Positions 27,588 through 38,117 of a DNA stretch of 64,000 bases are shown in pieces; the first letter of the stretch is position 1, and each line of letters opens with the position of its first letter. Source of the stretch: a virus; IMG/VR virus record IMGVR_UViG_3300045988_177049, positions 45,537-109,536 of that record. One strand, written 5' to 3'. Below the pieces are notes generated by a model that searched no databases, was not told where the DNA came from, and saw nothing but the letters and a program-made list of their open reading frames with translations. Made by a program: the position numbers and the translations under genes.

Positions 27588-30500
27588 TCACTCGTTCTCT
27601 CGGCGCTCATGGATACGAGCCATAGCTCGATCAAAAGCACCGTTACCGAGATCTTCCCACGATTCACAGCTGTTCAAGAACTTATAGAACGCGTCGTGAA
27701 CCTGCCACGAGCCAAGCTCAGCAGCATTCATGATCGACTCATCGTCACCATACACACCTTGGGTGGCATCAGACGATGCATCCTGGATCGCGCGCAGCTC
27801 AGAGCTTGACAAGCCCTGGCTGATGTACACCCGACCTTCAAGCGAGCACAGTGACCCGTTCGCGTCCACTCTAAAGAACCGGGCGTCTCCTGCAAGTTCA
27901 CGCTTGGTCTCACGGTACGCAGCGATGATCTCATCATCAAGACTATGGATCACACTTCCGTTGTCACCGATAAAATCAGCACGGCTGATCTGACCTTCGG
28001 CATACCGCTTCTTCTTCCGATCATCCATAATCTTCTGCTGCACGGCCATTTCTTGCTGAACGTCCTCATTGATCACGTCATCTTGACTAAAGACATCATA
28101 ACCCGCTCCCACGAAAGCACGATACGCGTCCTCACTCATCATGTCGTATTCTTCGGACTCATCACTTTGACCTTGGCGTTCTGCCTCAATGGATGCAATG
28201 AGATCCATGACCTCAGCCGAGTACACGTCTGGGTCCAAAATCGAGATGCCGTAATCATCCAGGTTATAAGCATCTTGGTACAGATTCATTGCCTCAGCAG
28301 CGTTTGCAGCCTGTTCAATACGCTTGTCCAGCATCTTGACAAAGTCAGGCTGGTTCAAGCGCACATCGAACTCAAGTGCAGACGAAAGGGTTGGAATCGT
28401 CTGGAGCGAATACGTGTGTCCTGGATGCTGAATCGTGTCTTTGAACAAACGCCACGACATCGGCAGGATCTCTGCATTGCGGTTCCAGATCGGTGAGATA
28501 CCAGCGGAGAAGATGATTGAATTACGCTCCGGCAAAAATGCCAAGTCATTGTACCCAATCACAGACTCTTCCTTCGCACTGATCGTGTACGAGACCTTGC
28601 CCTCAACATTCAAACCTTCGATGAGACGCTCGGTATCCTGAGTCACCGTCTTCGAGTCTCGCACCGCGCGGTGGCGCGTACCTGACATCTTCGCCAATGT
28701 CTCAATCATCGTATCGTCCGTCGATTTCAGAAACACAATATTGGCAACGTTTCCTTGGATGATCTTATCTACCGAGTCGCCATAGACGTCTCTAGCCTGC
28801 TGCAACGTTTGAAGAATCAACGTAAATTGCTGCTCCTGGCCCAAACCAATCGACAACATGGTTTCGAACCCGGCGATACCGTGGCCCTCAGACTGCAAGT
28901 TACCCAACTCGTCAAGCATGAAGCGCGTCTTGTACAACGGCTTCTGGCTCGACTTGGTCATGTAAGACTTATCAAAGTTCAAGTCCACCAATTGCTTCAC
29001 GAGGATCAGCACGAGTTTCGCGTACTTCATCAAGTGCGGTGGCGTCACCAGGAACACAGCCTTGGGTTGTTCCGAGTACCGCACCGACGACAAGATAATG
29101 GCAGGCACGCTCTCTCGCACCGTCTGAGGCTTCCCAGCCTTATCGAGAAGACGAGTCGTGGGGTAGTTCAGATGACCTGGAACAAGTTTTCCATCCGGCC
29201 CCTTCACCATCTCCACGAGAACACCATTACGGATGATCTTGCTTCCCGTCACAGGGTCTTTGACGAACTTACGACCATTCAGGGACAACTGGTACCCCTT
29301 CGTGAACTGAAAATAGAACGTCTTCAAGAGCACGCCGGTATGCGGATTAAACAAGCGCAGTCGCAAGTATGCGACATCGTGAGGGAACTTCCCATCGAAG
29401 TAGTAACGCGCCCAACCTTCTCGCACAACTGTGTCTTCGTGCTCAAAGTCTTTCCCGAGGTTGTGTGTCAACTCGGGATCATCAAAGGCATCCCACTTCG
29501 CCTGAGCACCAATGAGACCGTCTCGCTTAGTGAAGTTTTGTGCGAAACGGACACCGAAACGACGAGGGAACGACAACCCGCCCAAGTCAGTGTTCTGGGA
29601 GGGCGTACCAGAAGTCAGTGTCGAGATCGTCGGATCAGTAAAGAAGCTCATTGCGGTGATCGCAATACCGTAGACAGACGCAAGCATCTTCTCAGCTCCC
29701 GCCATTGCACGAAGCGCATTGTTGGCGTTGGCAATGAGCGTGCGCATCGTCGACTGAGGTAGAGCCTCGGTCGCGTTAAAGAACAAGGTGAGCAGGTCCA
29801 GCTCAGGCTTGTCTTCCCACAAGAACTCAATACGCTCGGCTTGTGCCTGGTCGTGATTGATCGCTTCCTGACGTTCGTCCTCGTCCTGAATCTGGTCGTA
29901 ATACCCACCCTTGAGACGCTCGTTCATCTGAGTCATGGGCGACTTGCGCTTCTTCGAGGTGAGCTGCACAAAAAGCTGGTAGCAGTTATAGAGCGTGACT
30001 TTACCCCACATGGCATCGAGCTTTTGTTCCAAAACCTTTTGATCCATGCCATGTCGCATCGCATACTGACGCAACTGGTGCTCTTCTTCCAGGTAGTAGT
30101 CGATCAAGCCGTATGCTGCACGCTTGAACGCGTTGTTTGCAGCGTTCGGCCACACCGGGTCTTCTGCACCATCGACTGGGAAGAACACGTCTGCGATGTT
30201 TTCAACGTAGAGAGCACACTTGGTCTGGTCACCTTCGCGTGCTGCCTCAGCAGCCATCCCAAGCGGATTGTAAATGTCCGTTTTCATGGCATTGATGAGG
30301 TTAAACTGCACAACCTGGAACCCGCGCATGGTGGCACGGACGTAATTTTTCACCAAAAGTTCGCCCTTGGGGTCATTGATGACCATGTTGTCCGGGCGCT
30401 TTTGGCGCATCCAGATATCGAGCATCGGTTCAATGTAGGTCTGACCTTTACCAGCACGAGTCATAGCAAGGATCATGGTGTTGGCAGGGGCTGTATCAAC

Positions 30501-31628
30501 GTAATACACACCAGCCGGGCGCTGAGGCTCATACGTAGGCAGCTCCCACTCCCCATTCACCAGATCGGCGAGCGTGGCAAAACCTTTGAGCTTATCTCGG
30601 CTCGCGTTCCCGGGGTTGTAAGGAACAGTGCTGGGGTCGAGACGCCGACGCAGTTTATCGTTGTCAGGCAGACCCGAGGCGTCCCACAAAGCCGTTCCAA
30701 AGGCTTCATCGAACATCGGAACCATGTCAGTGATCGGGGTTCCGTGTTCATCGGTGAGAACCTCGCCCTTGAACAAAGTCACGTCGTCATCTTCATCAAG
30801 AATGTCTGTCTCAGCACGCTTGGCAAACGCCACCGGCTTAATACCCTTATTCGCCACCATCGAGTGTGAAATGAGCGTTGTCGCACTGACCCCTGTGTGT
30901 GCTCCAACATCGGGAACAACGTCGAAACGCTCGCGCACCTCTTCGGGCAAGGCCACGTGCTGATCGTTCTTGTACTGGTTAATATCCGTGGTGTCACGCA
31001 TGAGGTTCTGAGCCTTAAGATTGCGCATCAAGACCAGACGCAGCGCCCCCCATGCTGCTCCACCAGCGAAGGCGGAGACGAAAAACTTGATCCAACCGAG
31101 TGAGAAGATCCACCCCAGAGCACTCCCAGGTTGATCAGCCATCTGAGCATCCCGCTCGGCCTTTTCTGCTGCCACAGCGTCCTTATGCCACTGTGGTTCA
31201 GGAACGTCCTTGGCTGACTCGTAACACGTCTCATCAGATGGGTCAGGCGACCCATCCTCTAGAGCCGGAGAATAACACACCTCGCTGATCACAGAACGGT
31301 GCAAAGCTTTGGTAAGATCCCTGTTCTCAACCGAATAGCTCGGTACAGACGAGTGCCACAGCGAGTCTTTCACCGCTGCAATGCCCATCGAACCAAACGA
31401 AATGATCACCCAGACGGAAATGAAAACAAGTATGCCGACCGCTGCTGAGGCGATCTCACGAGAGCGAGGAGAGAGCTTTGCTTCAATCTCACTACGCTCA
31501 AGCTGCTGATCCCCGTGAACATCCTGGTACGCCAAGGAGTCCAGCTCGTCTTGCTGACCGAGCTGTGCCCACGCTTGGCTCCCCTTTTCACGAGGGGCCT
31601 GCCCTCTGGCTTTTCGACGCCAACCCAT
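27588..31628 (-). CDS. type IV secretion coupling protein (VirD4/TraG family), unusually long at 1346 aa
   Basis: Two N-terminal TM helices. The Walker A-like AMTRAGKGQT matches VirD4 PTRSGKG, and VINDPKGEL matches the T4CP DPKGE motif. About 700 aa of extra C-terminal sequence follows. Confidence 0.7.
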   Translation of the reverse strand: MGWRRKARGQAPREKGSQAWAQLGQQDELDSLAYQDVHGDQQLERSEIEAKLSPRSREIASAAVGILVFISVWVIISFGSMGIAAVKDSLWHSSVPSYSVENRDLTKALHRSVISEVCYSPALEDGSPDPSDETCYESAKDVPEPQWHKDAVAAEKAERDAQMADQPGSALGWIFSLGWIKFFVSAFAGGAAWGALRLVLMRNLKAQNLMRDTTDINQYKNDQHVALPEEVRERFDVVPDVGAHTGVSATTLISHSMVANKGIKPVAFAKRAETDILDEDDDVTLFKGEVLTDEHGTPITDMVPMFDEAFGTALWDASGLPDNDKLRRRLDPSTVPYNPGNASRDKLKGFATLADLVNGEWELPTYEPQRPAGVYYVDTAPANTMILAMTRAGKGQTYIEPMLDIWMRQKRPDNMVINDPKGELLVKNYVRATMRGFQVVQFNLINAMKTDIYNPLGMAAEAAREGDQTKCALYVENIADVFFPVDGAEDPVWPNAANNAFKRAAYGLIDYYLEEEHQLRQYAMRHGMDQKVLEQKLDAMWGKVTLYNCYQLFVQLTSKKRKSPMTQMNERLKGGYYDQIQDEDERQEAINHDQAQAERIEFLWEDKPELDLLTLFFNATEALPQSTMRTLIANANNALRAMAGAEKMLASVYGIAITAMSFFTDPTISTLTSGTPSQNTDLGGLSFPRRFGVRFAQNFTKRDGLIGAQAKWDAFDDPELTHNLGKDFEHEDTVVREGWARYYFDGKFPHDVAYLRLRLFNPHTGVLLKTFYFQFTKGYQLSLNGRKFVKDPVTGSKIIRNGVLVEMVKGPDGKLVPGHLNYPTTRLLDKAGKPQTVRESVPAIILSSVRYSEQPKAVFLVTPPHLMKYAKLVLILVKQLVDLNFDKSYMTKSSQKPLYKTRFMLDELGNLQSEGHGIAGFETMLSIGLGQEQQFTLILQTLQQARDVYGDSVDKIIQGNVANIVFLKSTDDTMIETLAKMSGTRHRAVRDSKTVTQDTERLIEGLNVEGKVSYTISAKEESVIGYNDLAFLPERNSIIFSAGISPIWNRNAEILPMSWRLFKDTIQHPGHTYSLQTIPTLSSALEFDVRLNQPDFVKMLDKRIEQAANAAEAMNLYQDAYNLDDYGISILDPDVYSAEVMDLIASIEAERQGQSDESEEYDMMSEDAYRAFVGAGYDVFSQDDVINEDVQQEMAVQQKIMDDRKKKRYAEGQISRADFIGDNGSVIHSLDDEIIAAYRETKRELAGDARFFRVDANGSLCSLEGRVYISQGLSSSELRAIQDASSDATQGVYGDDESIMNAAELGSWQVHDAFYKFLNSCESWEDLGNGAFDRAMARIHERRENE

Positions 31629-31775
31629 ATCGTCACCTTCCTTTTAATTCGTTTGGTACACCAATACAATCATATCAGATATACACAGGTTGTATCAAAG
31701 ACAAAAAGAGGGGATACGGCCCAGGTTTCCCAGACCGTATCCCCTTCTTACGCTACCAAGTGGCGCACGGGTATC

Positions 31776-34064
31776 TTAGACACCCAATGTACCACCACCA
31801 GCAGCATTATTCATCACCCATGACATCATCGAAGCAGCGTGTGCGCTCGAACCTGCCCCGCCATGAACGAGCATTCCAATGATCACGCCCAGTGCGAGGA
31901 ACGCCAGAGCGACCAAAACCGCCAGCGCGATGTAGAGTCGGTTGGCTCGCTTGGCGACAAGGTTCTCGCGATCCATCTGATCCATGAGCAGCTGCTTGTC
32001 GGTTTGCAACGACTCGACCTGGCTCTGGAACTGCCGTGCGATCTCATCACGAACAACGCCAACGCGCTCGGCTTCTTCCTTCACGCGCTCGTTCGCACGC
32101 TGAACCTCTGCGCGAGCCTGAGCGAGCTGTGCATCATTTTCCTGGCGCATACGCTCCAAGACCTTGTTCGCTTCGTCCTGAGCCGCTAGAACGCGCTTGT
32201 GGGCTTCATCGCGTTCACGTGCGATCTGCTCGTGCAGCTCCTGTTCACGAGCTGCAAATTCAGCGCTCTTTTCCTCAACGATGTTCTGACGCGAGAGCTG
32301 TTCCTGGAGAGCCTGGGTACGAGCAATGTCTTCCTTACGATTCTCATCAAGGAAGTCATTCATCTCGACGCGGAACTTCTCGATCAGTTCAGCTTCACGC
32401 TGCACCTGCTCAGCGCGCTTTTCAATGAGGTGATCCATCACCTTAGTGATGGCCGCATCGAACGCACCCTGTGCCGAGGTCTTGCGAGCACGCAAAATCT
32501 CATAGCGGCGTGCCTCGTAGTCGGATTCGATGTCCAAGCGAATCGATACTTCCAAGTCGTCCATCTGGCGAGTTAGAGCGGGCTTGTGACGCTCGTCGTA
32601 ACGCACGCGCTCTTCCCCGATTCGAGCCTGGATAAAGGCTTCACGTTCCTGCTGGTACCGATCGGCGAGTACAGCCTTCTCCTTCTCAGAAATCTCAATC
32701 AAATCGGCAAGAGCCTTTGTCTCATTACCATTGACCTCAGCCATGGTCTTGGCCCACGTGTTCTCGGCGTCTTCGTCAATGCTCATCTGAGACGAGATCT
32801 CATCTCCCGTACGTGAGACGAGCGAGAAGAACAGGTTACGCAGTTCCTCGATATCACGACGACGCTGGTCAGCAAGAACAGTGTTCGCCTGCTGAGAGAG
32901 CATCTTGATCTGACCATCAAGCCAGTTGGTGCTGTCCAGATGATCCAGAGAGAACTGAGCCGGGGTATCAACCTCGTAGCCCAGCAGGGTCTCGAAAGGC
33001 GTCATATCAACGGCGAAATCCAGGCTGTCATCAAGGAAGCGACGAGCAACGGCTGTGCGAACAGCGTCTTTATTAAAGACACGCTCGTCCACCGGAGCAA
33101 CCTCAGGTGCGACCTCTACCTCTTCGGTCTGAGTCGGTACATGCAGAGCAGGGGCGGGAGCCTCTTCGATGTCATCGAAGGGGTTCTCATCCTCATCGTC
33201 CTCGTCATACAGACCCTCATCCGAAGGCAGCTCATCAACCATCGATTCATCCGGGATGTCATCGGGGTCGAAGTGAGGCAGGTTTTCAACAGCCTCAACA
33301 GACTCACTCTGAGCAGCGGTAGGCGGAAGGGTCGGAGCAGCCGGTGCTGCTTCCTCATGCACCTCTTCGGGTGCCACTTCTTCTACAGCTTCCTCTTCAA
33401 CCCCGTCTCCACCGAGACGCTTCCACAGCGTCGGGATGAGCGATGCCAAGGTGATAGTACCCGCTGCAATCTCCTGAGCCTGAGCCAGGGTGACAGTATC
33501 GATGTCTCCATCAGGAACCTCAATGAGACCCGTTGCTTCATCGAAATGAACAGGAACGGTTTCAAGAGTTCCATCGGCGGCAGGGGTCACCGACGTGAGC
33601 AAGAACTTCGCACGGTCGAACAGGGTGTACTCCCCCATGCCATCAGGTCCAAGGGAAGCAGGGGTGGGGATCACGCCCAAAATATTGTGACGAAGCATGT
33701 CTTCGGTCGCACACACCTGGATCTTATCGTCAGCGATCCGCTGAAGGATCGACCCCTTGTCTTCATTGCCCTTGGACGAGACCTTACCGAGGCCCCCGAT
33801 ACCGCCGTCTTCGATCGAGGCGTCAACAGGGAGCGCAAGAATCACGCCAATACCGTTTGGCAGAAGCCATTCGGTGTTCTGGCGAATAATATCAAGGGCA
33901 GCGCCGGGTTCAGTCTCATCGATGACCAAAGTCAGCGAGTCCTTCGCAGCACGTGCATCAACGGCTGGTGCCTTCGTTTCGGTCTGAGCAGGAGCGGCTG
34001 CCTGAGCTTCTTCAATTGCGCCGCCGCCATCGGCAGCAGCCTTGTCTTTCTTGCCAAACAACAT
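31776..34064 (-). CDS. hypothetical coiled-coil protein with an acidic central region and a C-terminal TM anchor (762 aa)
   Basis: Long Glu/Arg/Ala-rich heptad-like segments. The C-terminal hydrophobic helix is LYIALAVLVALAFLALGVIIGMLV. It sits inside the conjugation operon. Confidence 0.45.
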   Translation of the reverse strand: MLFGKKDKAAADGGGAIEEAQAAAPAQTETKAPAVDARAAKDSLTLVIDETEPGAALDIIRQNTEWLLPNGIGVILALPVDASIEDGGIGGLGKVSSKGNEDKGSILQRIADDKIQVCATEDMLRHNILGVIPTPASLGPDGMGEYTLFDRAKFLLTSVTPAADGTLETVPVHFDEATGLIEVPDGDIDTVTLAQAQEIAAGTITLASLIPTLWKRLGGDGVEEEAVEEVAPEEVHEEAAPAAPTLPPTAAQSESVEAVENLPHFDPDDIPDESMVDELPSDEGLYDEDDEDENPFDDIEEAPAPALHVPTQTEEVEVAPEVAPVDERVFNKDAVRTAVARRFLDDSLDFAVDMTPFETLLGYEVDTPAQFSLDHLDSTNWLDGQIKMLSQQANTVLADQRRRDIEELRNLFFSLVSRTGDEISSQMSIDEDAENTWAKTMAEVNGNETKALADLIEISEKEKAVLADRYQQEREAFIQARIGEERVRYDERHKPALTRQMDDLEVSIRLDIESDYEARRYEILRARKTSAQGAFDAAITKVMDHLIEKRAEQVQREAELIEKFRVEMNDFLDENRKEDIARTQALQEQLSRQNIVEEKSAEFAAREQELHEQIARERDEAHKRVLAAQDEANKVLERMRQENDAQLAQARAEVQRANERVKEEAERVGVVRDEIARQFQSQVESLQTDKQLLMDQMDRENLVAKRANRLYIALAVLVALAFLALGVIIGMLVHGGAGSSAHAASMMSWVMNNAAGGGTLGV

Positions 34065-34216
34065 TGAAATCCTTTCGTTTGATCAAATGGGTGATGGAGC
34101 CGGTACCACCACCCAACCACGGTAATGAATGGTACCGGCATCGCGAGGTTTACACTCGTGTATCAGCATATCACACTTTTATGCACCGATGTTGATACAC
34201 GAGCATATTCGCACTA

Positions 34217-37200
34217 TTACGCGAGAACAGCATCATAAGGTTGGACCACAACACGCGCATCCGACTTCAAAATCGACACGTCTTCACTACGCAATGTGCC
34301 TTCAATTCTGACGGCAATATTACGTTCATGTGGATGTTCATTGATAAACGCGGCGATTTCCGTTGTCACAAATCGCTGCATCCGTCGCACCATGTCACGA
34401 GCACCACCAGAGTCCGAGTCGCTCCGCGCCTCATCTTCCACGAGAAACTCCAACACACGCCCATCGACGGTGACATGGATACCGTGCTTACGCTTGACGT
34501 CTGTGATCATTTCAGCGAGCTTCTTCGTCATGATCTTGCGCAGCGTGGCACGAGACAGAGGCTGGAACGGGACGATGGCATCGATACGACCCAAGAGTTC
34601 CGGTGGGAACTTTCCACCGTCTTCGCTCTTGATCGAGGTCTCGATGATCTTCTCGTAATCTCGCATCGTCTCTTCGCTCCCGTGGTCATCGGCGTTGTAT
34701 TCACCAATGGTGCGATAGATCTCAGAGCCAGCGTTCGTGGTCAACACGATGTACGTGTTCAGGAACGAGACCTGGCGACCATCTTTATCGGACAGACGAC
34801 CGTCATCGAGCACCTGAAGCAGCAGGCGCACAACGAGCGGTGACGCCTTCTCGATCTCATCGAAAAGCAGCACGCAGTGGCTCGTTGCCCACACGTGACG
34901 AGCGAGGTCTTCACGGAAGAGATCAACGCTGTCATCCCTGCCCCATTCCGACATGTCGAAACGCACAAGGTGGCGCTGATCGTCGCCAAACAGGATCTTT
35001 GCAAGCTGCTTCGTGACCTCAGTGTTGTGCGTAACGATGAAGTCACCTGCTTGGTACAGGTGCTCGTCATCGGCAACGTAAATACACGAAGAGGACTCTC
35101 GATACGGAAGTTTCTCGATCTTGGTGATACCGACCATATCGAACTTCTTGACACGTTGACGACCCTTGGTTGCGACCTTTGCTTCCTCAGCAATGGCACG
35201 CTTACGCTCCAACCAAAAGAAACGAGTCTTATCGTCATTGCTGGACTTGACGTAAATCGTATACTCCGTTGACACACGACCATCATCATCGGTGCGCATA
35301 TACGTATTCATAGTGTTAGACACACCGAGCGAAAACAGCAGTTCGCGTACATCCTCAGCCAGGCCCTGAGAAGATGTCGAATAACTGACATCATAACGAT
35401 CCTTAACGATGCTACCGTCAGTATCGAAAAGCCCGCGCACTAGCTCCCAACGTTGTCCAACGGATGCCGCCATATACTGTTGTGGGATACGACGCTCAGT
35501 AGAATATACACCGATTAACTCAGGAACCTTAGCAAAGATATCTTTCGTCTGAACGAGACTATCCCTATGCCCAAATTTCTCACCAGTTTTAAATAGCCAG
35601 CAATAATGTGCGTTATCTTCCTTAAACTCAAAACCGATGGTCTCACTGATACGACGTACAACATCAATATCATCAGAAGATAGCCTCAGTGGCTTTCTCG
35701 TCAAACACCCATTTCCGATAAACACCCCAACCACATAAGGATCTACCGGCAAATGAGCATCAGGCCACTGCACAGCCTCATTCATCGGGATGAAAAACTT
35801 CATGCGTTTCGCCCCACTCTTTGGATGAATGTTCAATACACCCGACTCCAACATATCCATCGTTGTCATCACACGAGGCTGAACATCGAGGCCCCCACGC
35901 TTACGCTCCCGCATAGACCGAGTGTACACACTCCATAAATGCGGCCCACCAACATCAAGGTGTCGACCATCCCACGTGTGAACACGATAAATGTCCTGCT
36001 TCCCTTGAGGGAACACAGCGAGAACCTCTTCCGGTGAGCCATCGCGTTTAAACACACGATCACCAGGAACGAGATCACCGTGACGTTTCCACGCCACAGA
36101 ACCATCCTCAGAAAAGACTGGTACACGAGTAGAGTCTGTACACAGCTTGCCCACGCCTGAGCTGCCCGTCAGCAACAGCGATGCCATAGGTTTACTCGGG
36201 TCATTCAACCCGGCCACACACAGCTGCAAACGCCGTGCAATCGACGTCGTGGCAAAGTCTTGGCTAAAGACGCGCTTGTCCAGCTCGGCTTTAATCGCCG
36301 TAGCATCGACGTTAATCTCGACTTCGACACCGAACTCGACTTTCAACACTGTTGCGAGCAGTTTCTTATCCATCGGCTCACCGAGGTACCTGTGGCGACC
36401 CACCATGGCATCGAGCACACGGATCGACTTACGCGGCTGTACGGAGGCAGGCACGTAGCGGTTCGTGTAGTCAAAGATCTGCTCGTAGAGCGACTCGCTG
36501 ATCATGCCCTGATCGACGCCATACTTTTGCGCCATGGCCTTGAGAATCTCGATAGTCACCCTTCGATTCGTCTGAGGGATGTTGATACGCGCAAGGCGTT
36601 CAACCAAAGGCAGGTTCGAGGCAATATGAGCATCGAACTCGTCATAGGTCGTTGCCGCAATAACCTTGATCCCACGCGATCCAGAAGCCGCGAGCAAAGG
36701 CTTGAGCGCTTCCACAGCAGCAGCGGAGAGCTGAACCACCTGGTGAAACTCGTCGATGAACAGCACGACTTCCCGGCCCTCGGCCTTAGAAAAAGCCTCG
36801 GCTTCGTCGAACAGAGCCTTGAGGCGTGCAGCCATTTCCTCGGGGTTCGACAGGTCAGAGATCATCTTCGCCATGTCAACTTCGAGGTAAATACGAGCCG
36901 GATCATCTTCCATGCACGACTGTACGAGCACAGTGTTGTGCGTGACGATGTGACCCCGACCCACCTGGTACAGGTGAGTGTCCGAGTCCACCATGATGCA
37001 CGTCATCTCTGTTTCACGGTTATTGTCAATAACCTCAGCGATCAAGCCACCGATTCGACCCAGAGAACACTCCAGCTCGTGCATGTCGATATCGACCTTC
37101 CAGATGAAAGGCGAGGACACATCTCGATACGACTCACTTTCTCGCAAGGCTCGTACCATCTCTTGACGATCATGAACGCTACTCGTCATGTACAGACGCG

Positions 37201-37990
37201 GGATGCGACGCTGTTCCTCATCCTTCACGATCAAACCTGTAAATGCTGGATGCGTCATCACCTGTGGGCCTTCGACGCGCTTACCTGTCCCCTCGTGGAT
37301 AAAAATCGATCGGGAACTCTCGCGCTGTCGCTTCCATCCCATGTGCTCTTCGATCGCTGCAAAAACCTCATCGGGAGCCTCATTCGGCATACTGACGTAC
37401 CCACGCTCGTCAATGCGTACACCCCAGCCGAGAAACGCTCCGCACACATAAGGATCAACCGGGAGCAAACGGCTCTGTCGCACCAGTGCTCCAGATGCAG
37501 GCAGCTCCCATACCAAAGACCTGTCCTGGGGATCCACCAAGCCCTGGTCCATAATCTCTCGCAGCGACAATGTCTGCCACTCGTGAGTTCCACAGCGACG
37601 CACAGTCCACAGGTGCTCATCGTTGCAGCGTACTCGATCCCCTCGATTCGTGACCATCTCATATTCGCGCCGCATCCCCTGTGGGAACACGCCTGTGACA
37701 GTGACAGGGTCTCCGTGTTCATCAAAGACGCGATCCCCCACCTTGAGCATCCCAATACGCACGTACCCACGTTCGTCTGCAACCGGAATCAACTCATCGT
37801 TTGGATGAGCCTTGCCGGTGCCTGGCGGGGCAAGCAGAATCGCGTTACACATCTCGGGGCGAGCCAGAGCACTCATCAATGAGACCTTCTCCTTTTCACG
37901 GCCCACAACTTCACGCGCGGGTTTGCCCAGACGAGACGCAAAATCTCGCAGCATGGGATAAGCCTCATTCAGACGATCATTGTCGAACAC
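34217..37990 (-). CDS. Clp/Hsp100-like double-AAA+ ATPase interrupted by two inteins (precursor 1257 aa, extein ~592 aa)
   Basis: The N-extein ILLAPPGTGK is followed by A...IVTHN (292 aa), then TVLVQSCMED, which restores GTGK-T. The second P-loop GSSGVGKL is followed by CTDS...FIVTHN (373 aa), then TEVTKQLAKILFG. Both inserts end in HN followed by Thr and carry LAGLIDADG-like blocks, PVDPYVCGAFLGWG and PVDPYVVGVFIGNGCL plus WELVRGLFDTDGSI. The extein is paralogous to ORF 1428..3269. Confidence 0.75.
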   Translation of the reverse strand: MFDNDRLNEAYPMLRDFASRLGKPAREVVGREKEKVSLMSALARPEMCNAILLAPPGTGKAHPNDELIPVADERGYVRIGMLKVGDRVFDEHGDPVTVTGVFPQGMRREYEMVTNRGDRVRCNDEHLWTVRRCGTHEWQTLSLREIMDQGLVDPQDRSLVWELPASGALVRQSRLLPVDPYVCGAFLGWGVRIDERGYVSMPNEAPDEVFAAIEEHMGWKRQRESSRSIFIHEGTGKRVEGPQVMTHPAFTGLIVKDEEQRRIPRLYMTSSVHDRQEMVRALRESESYRDVSSPFIWKVDIDMHELECSLGRIGGLIAEVIDNNRETEMTCIMVDSDTHLYQVGRGHIVTHNTVLVQSCMEDDPARIYLEVDMAKMISDLSNPEEMAARLKALFDEAEAFSKAEGREVVLFIDEFHQVVQLSAAAVEALKPLLAASGSRGIKVIAATTYDEFDAHIASNLPLVERLARINIPQTNRRVTIEILKAMAQKYGVDQGMISESLYEQIFDYTNRYVPASVQPRKSIRVLDAMVGRHRYLGEPMDKKLLATVLKVEFGVEVEINVDATAIKAELDKRVFSQDFATTSIARRLQLCVAGLNDPSKPMASLLLTGSSGVGKLCTDSTRVPVFSEDGSVAWKRHGDLVPGDRVFKRDGSPEEVLAVFPQGKQDIYRVHTWDGRHLDVGGPHLWSVYTRSMRERKRGGLDVQPRVMTTMDMLESGVLNIHPKSGAKRMKFFIPMNEAVQWPDAHLPVDPYVVGVFIGNGCLTRKPLRLSSDDIDVVRRISETIGFEFKEDNAHYCWLFKTGEKFGHRDSLVQTKDIFAKVPELIGVYSTERRIPQQYMAASVGQRWELVRGLFDTDGSIVKDRYDVSYSTSSQGLAEDVRELLFSLGVSNTMNTYMRTDDDGRVSTEYTIYVKSSNDDKTRFFWLERKRAIAEEAKVATKGRQRVKKFDMVGITKIEKLPYRESSSCIYVADDEHLYQAGDFIVTHNTEVTKQLAKILFGDDQRHLVRFDMSEWGRDDSVDLFREDLARHVWATSHCVLLFDEIEKASPLVVRLLLQVLDDGRLSDKDGRQVSFLNTYIVLTTNAGSEIYRTIGEYNADDHGSEETMRDYEKIIETSIKSEDGGKFPPELLGRIDAIVPFQPLSRATLRKIMTKKLAEMITDVKRKHGIHVTVDGRVLEFLVEDEARSDSDSGGARDMVRRMQRFVTTEIAAFINEHPHERNIAVRIEGTLRSEDVSILKSDARVVVQPYDAVLA
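35024..36142 (-). mobile_element. intein 2 (373 aa) inserted at the NBD2 P-loop; Cys1 ... HN/T; contains a LAGLIDADG homing endonuclease domain
   Basis: It spans residues 617..989. Block A is CTDSTRVPVF...GDRVF. The LAGLIDADG blocks are DPYVVGVFIGNGCL and LVRGLFDTDGSI. It ends DFIVTHN followed by T. Confidence 0.6.
36935..37810 (-). mobile_element. intein 1 (292 aa) inserted between the Lys and Thr of the NBD1 Walker A GKT; Ala1, ...THN/T junction
   Basis: It spans residues 61..352 of the precursor. The first residue is Ala, which is non-nucleophilic. Trp (EHLW), Cys (EMTCIM) and the penultimate-block Thr (VTHN) are retained, a class-3-like WCT pattern. It also has a degenerate LAGLIDADG region. 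Confidence 0.55.
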
Positions 37991-38117
37991 ATTAACACTC
38001 CGTTCAATCGATTAACTTGGTATACCAGCATTCTAGCACAATCACTCGACAATAAAAAATCACCCTCGCCAGATTTCTCCAGCGAGGGTGAAACGGAGGT
38101 GTAAACCTACCAAACGA

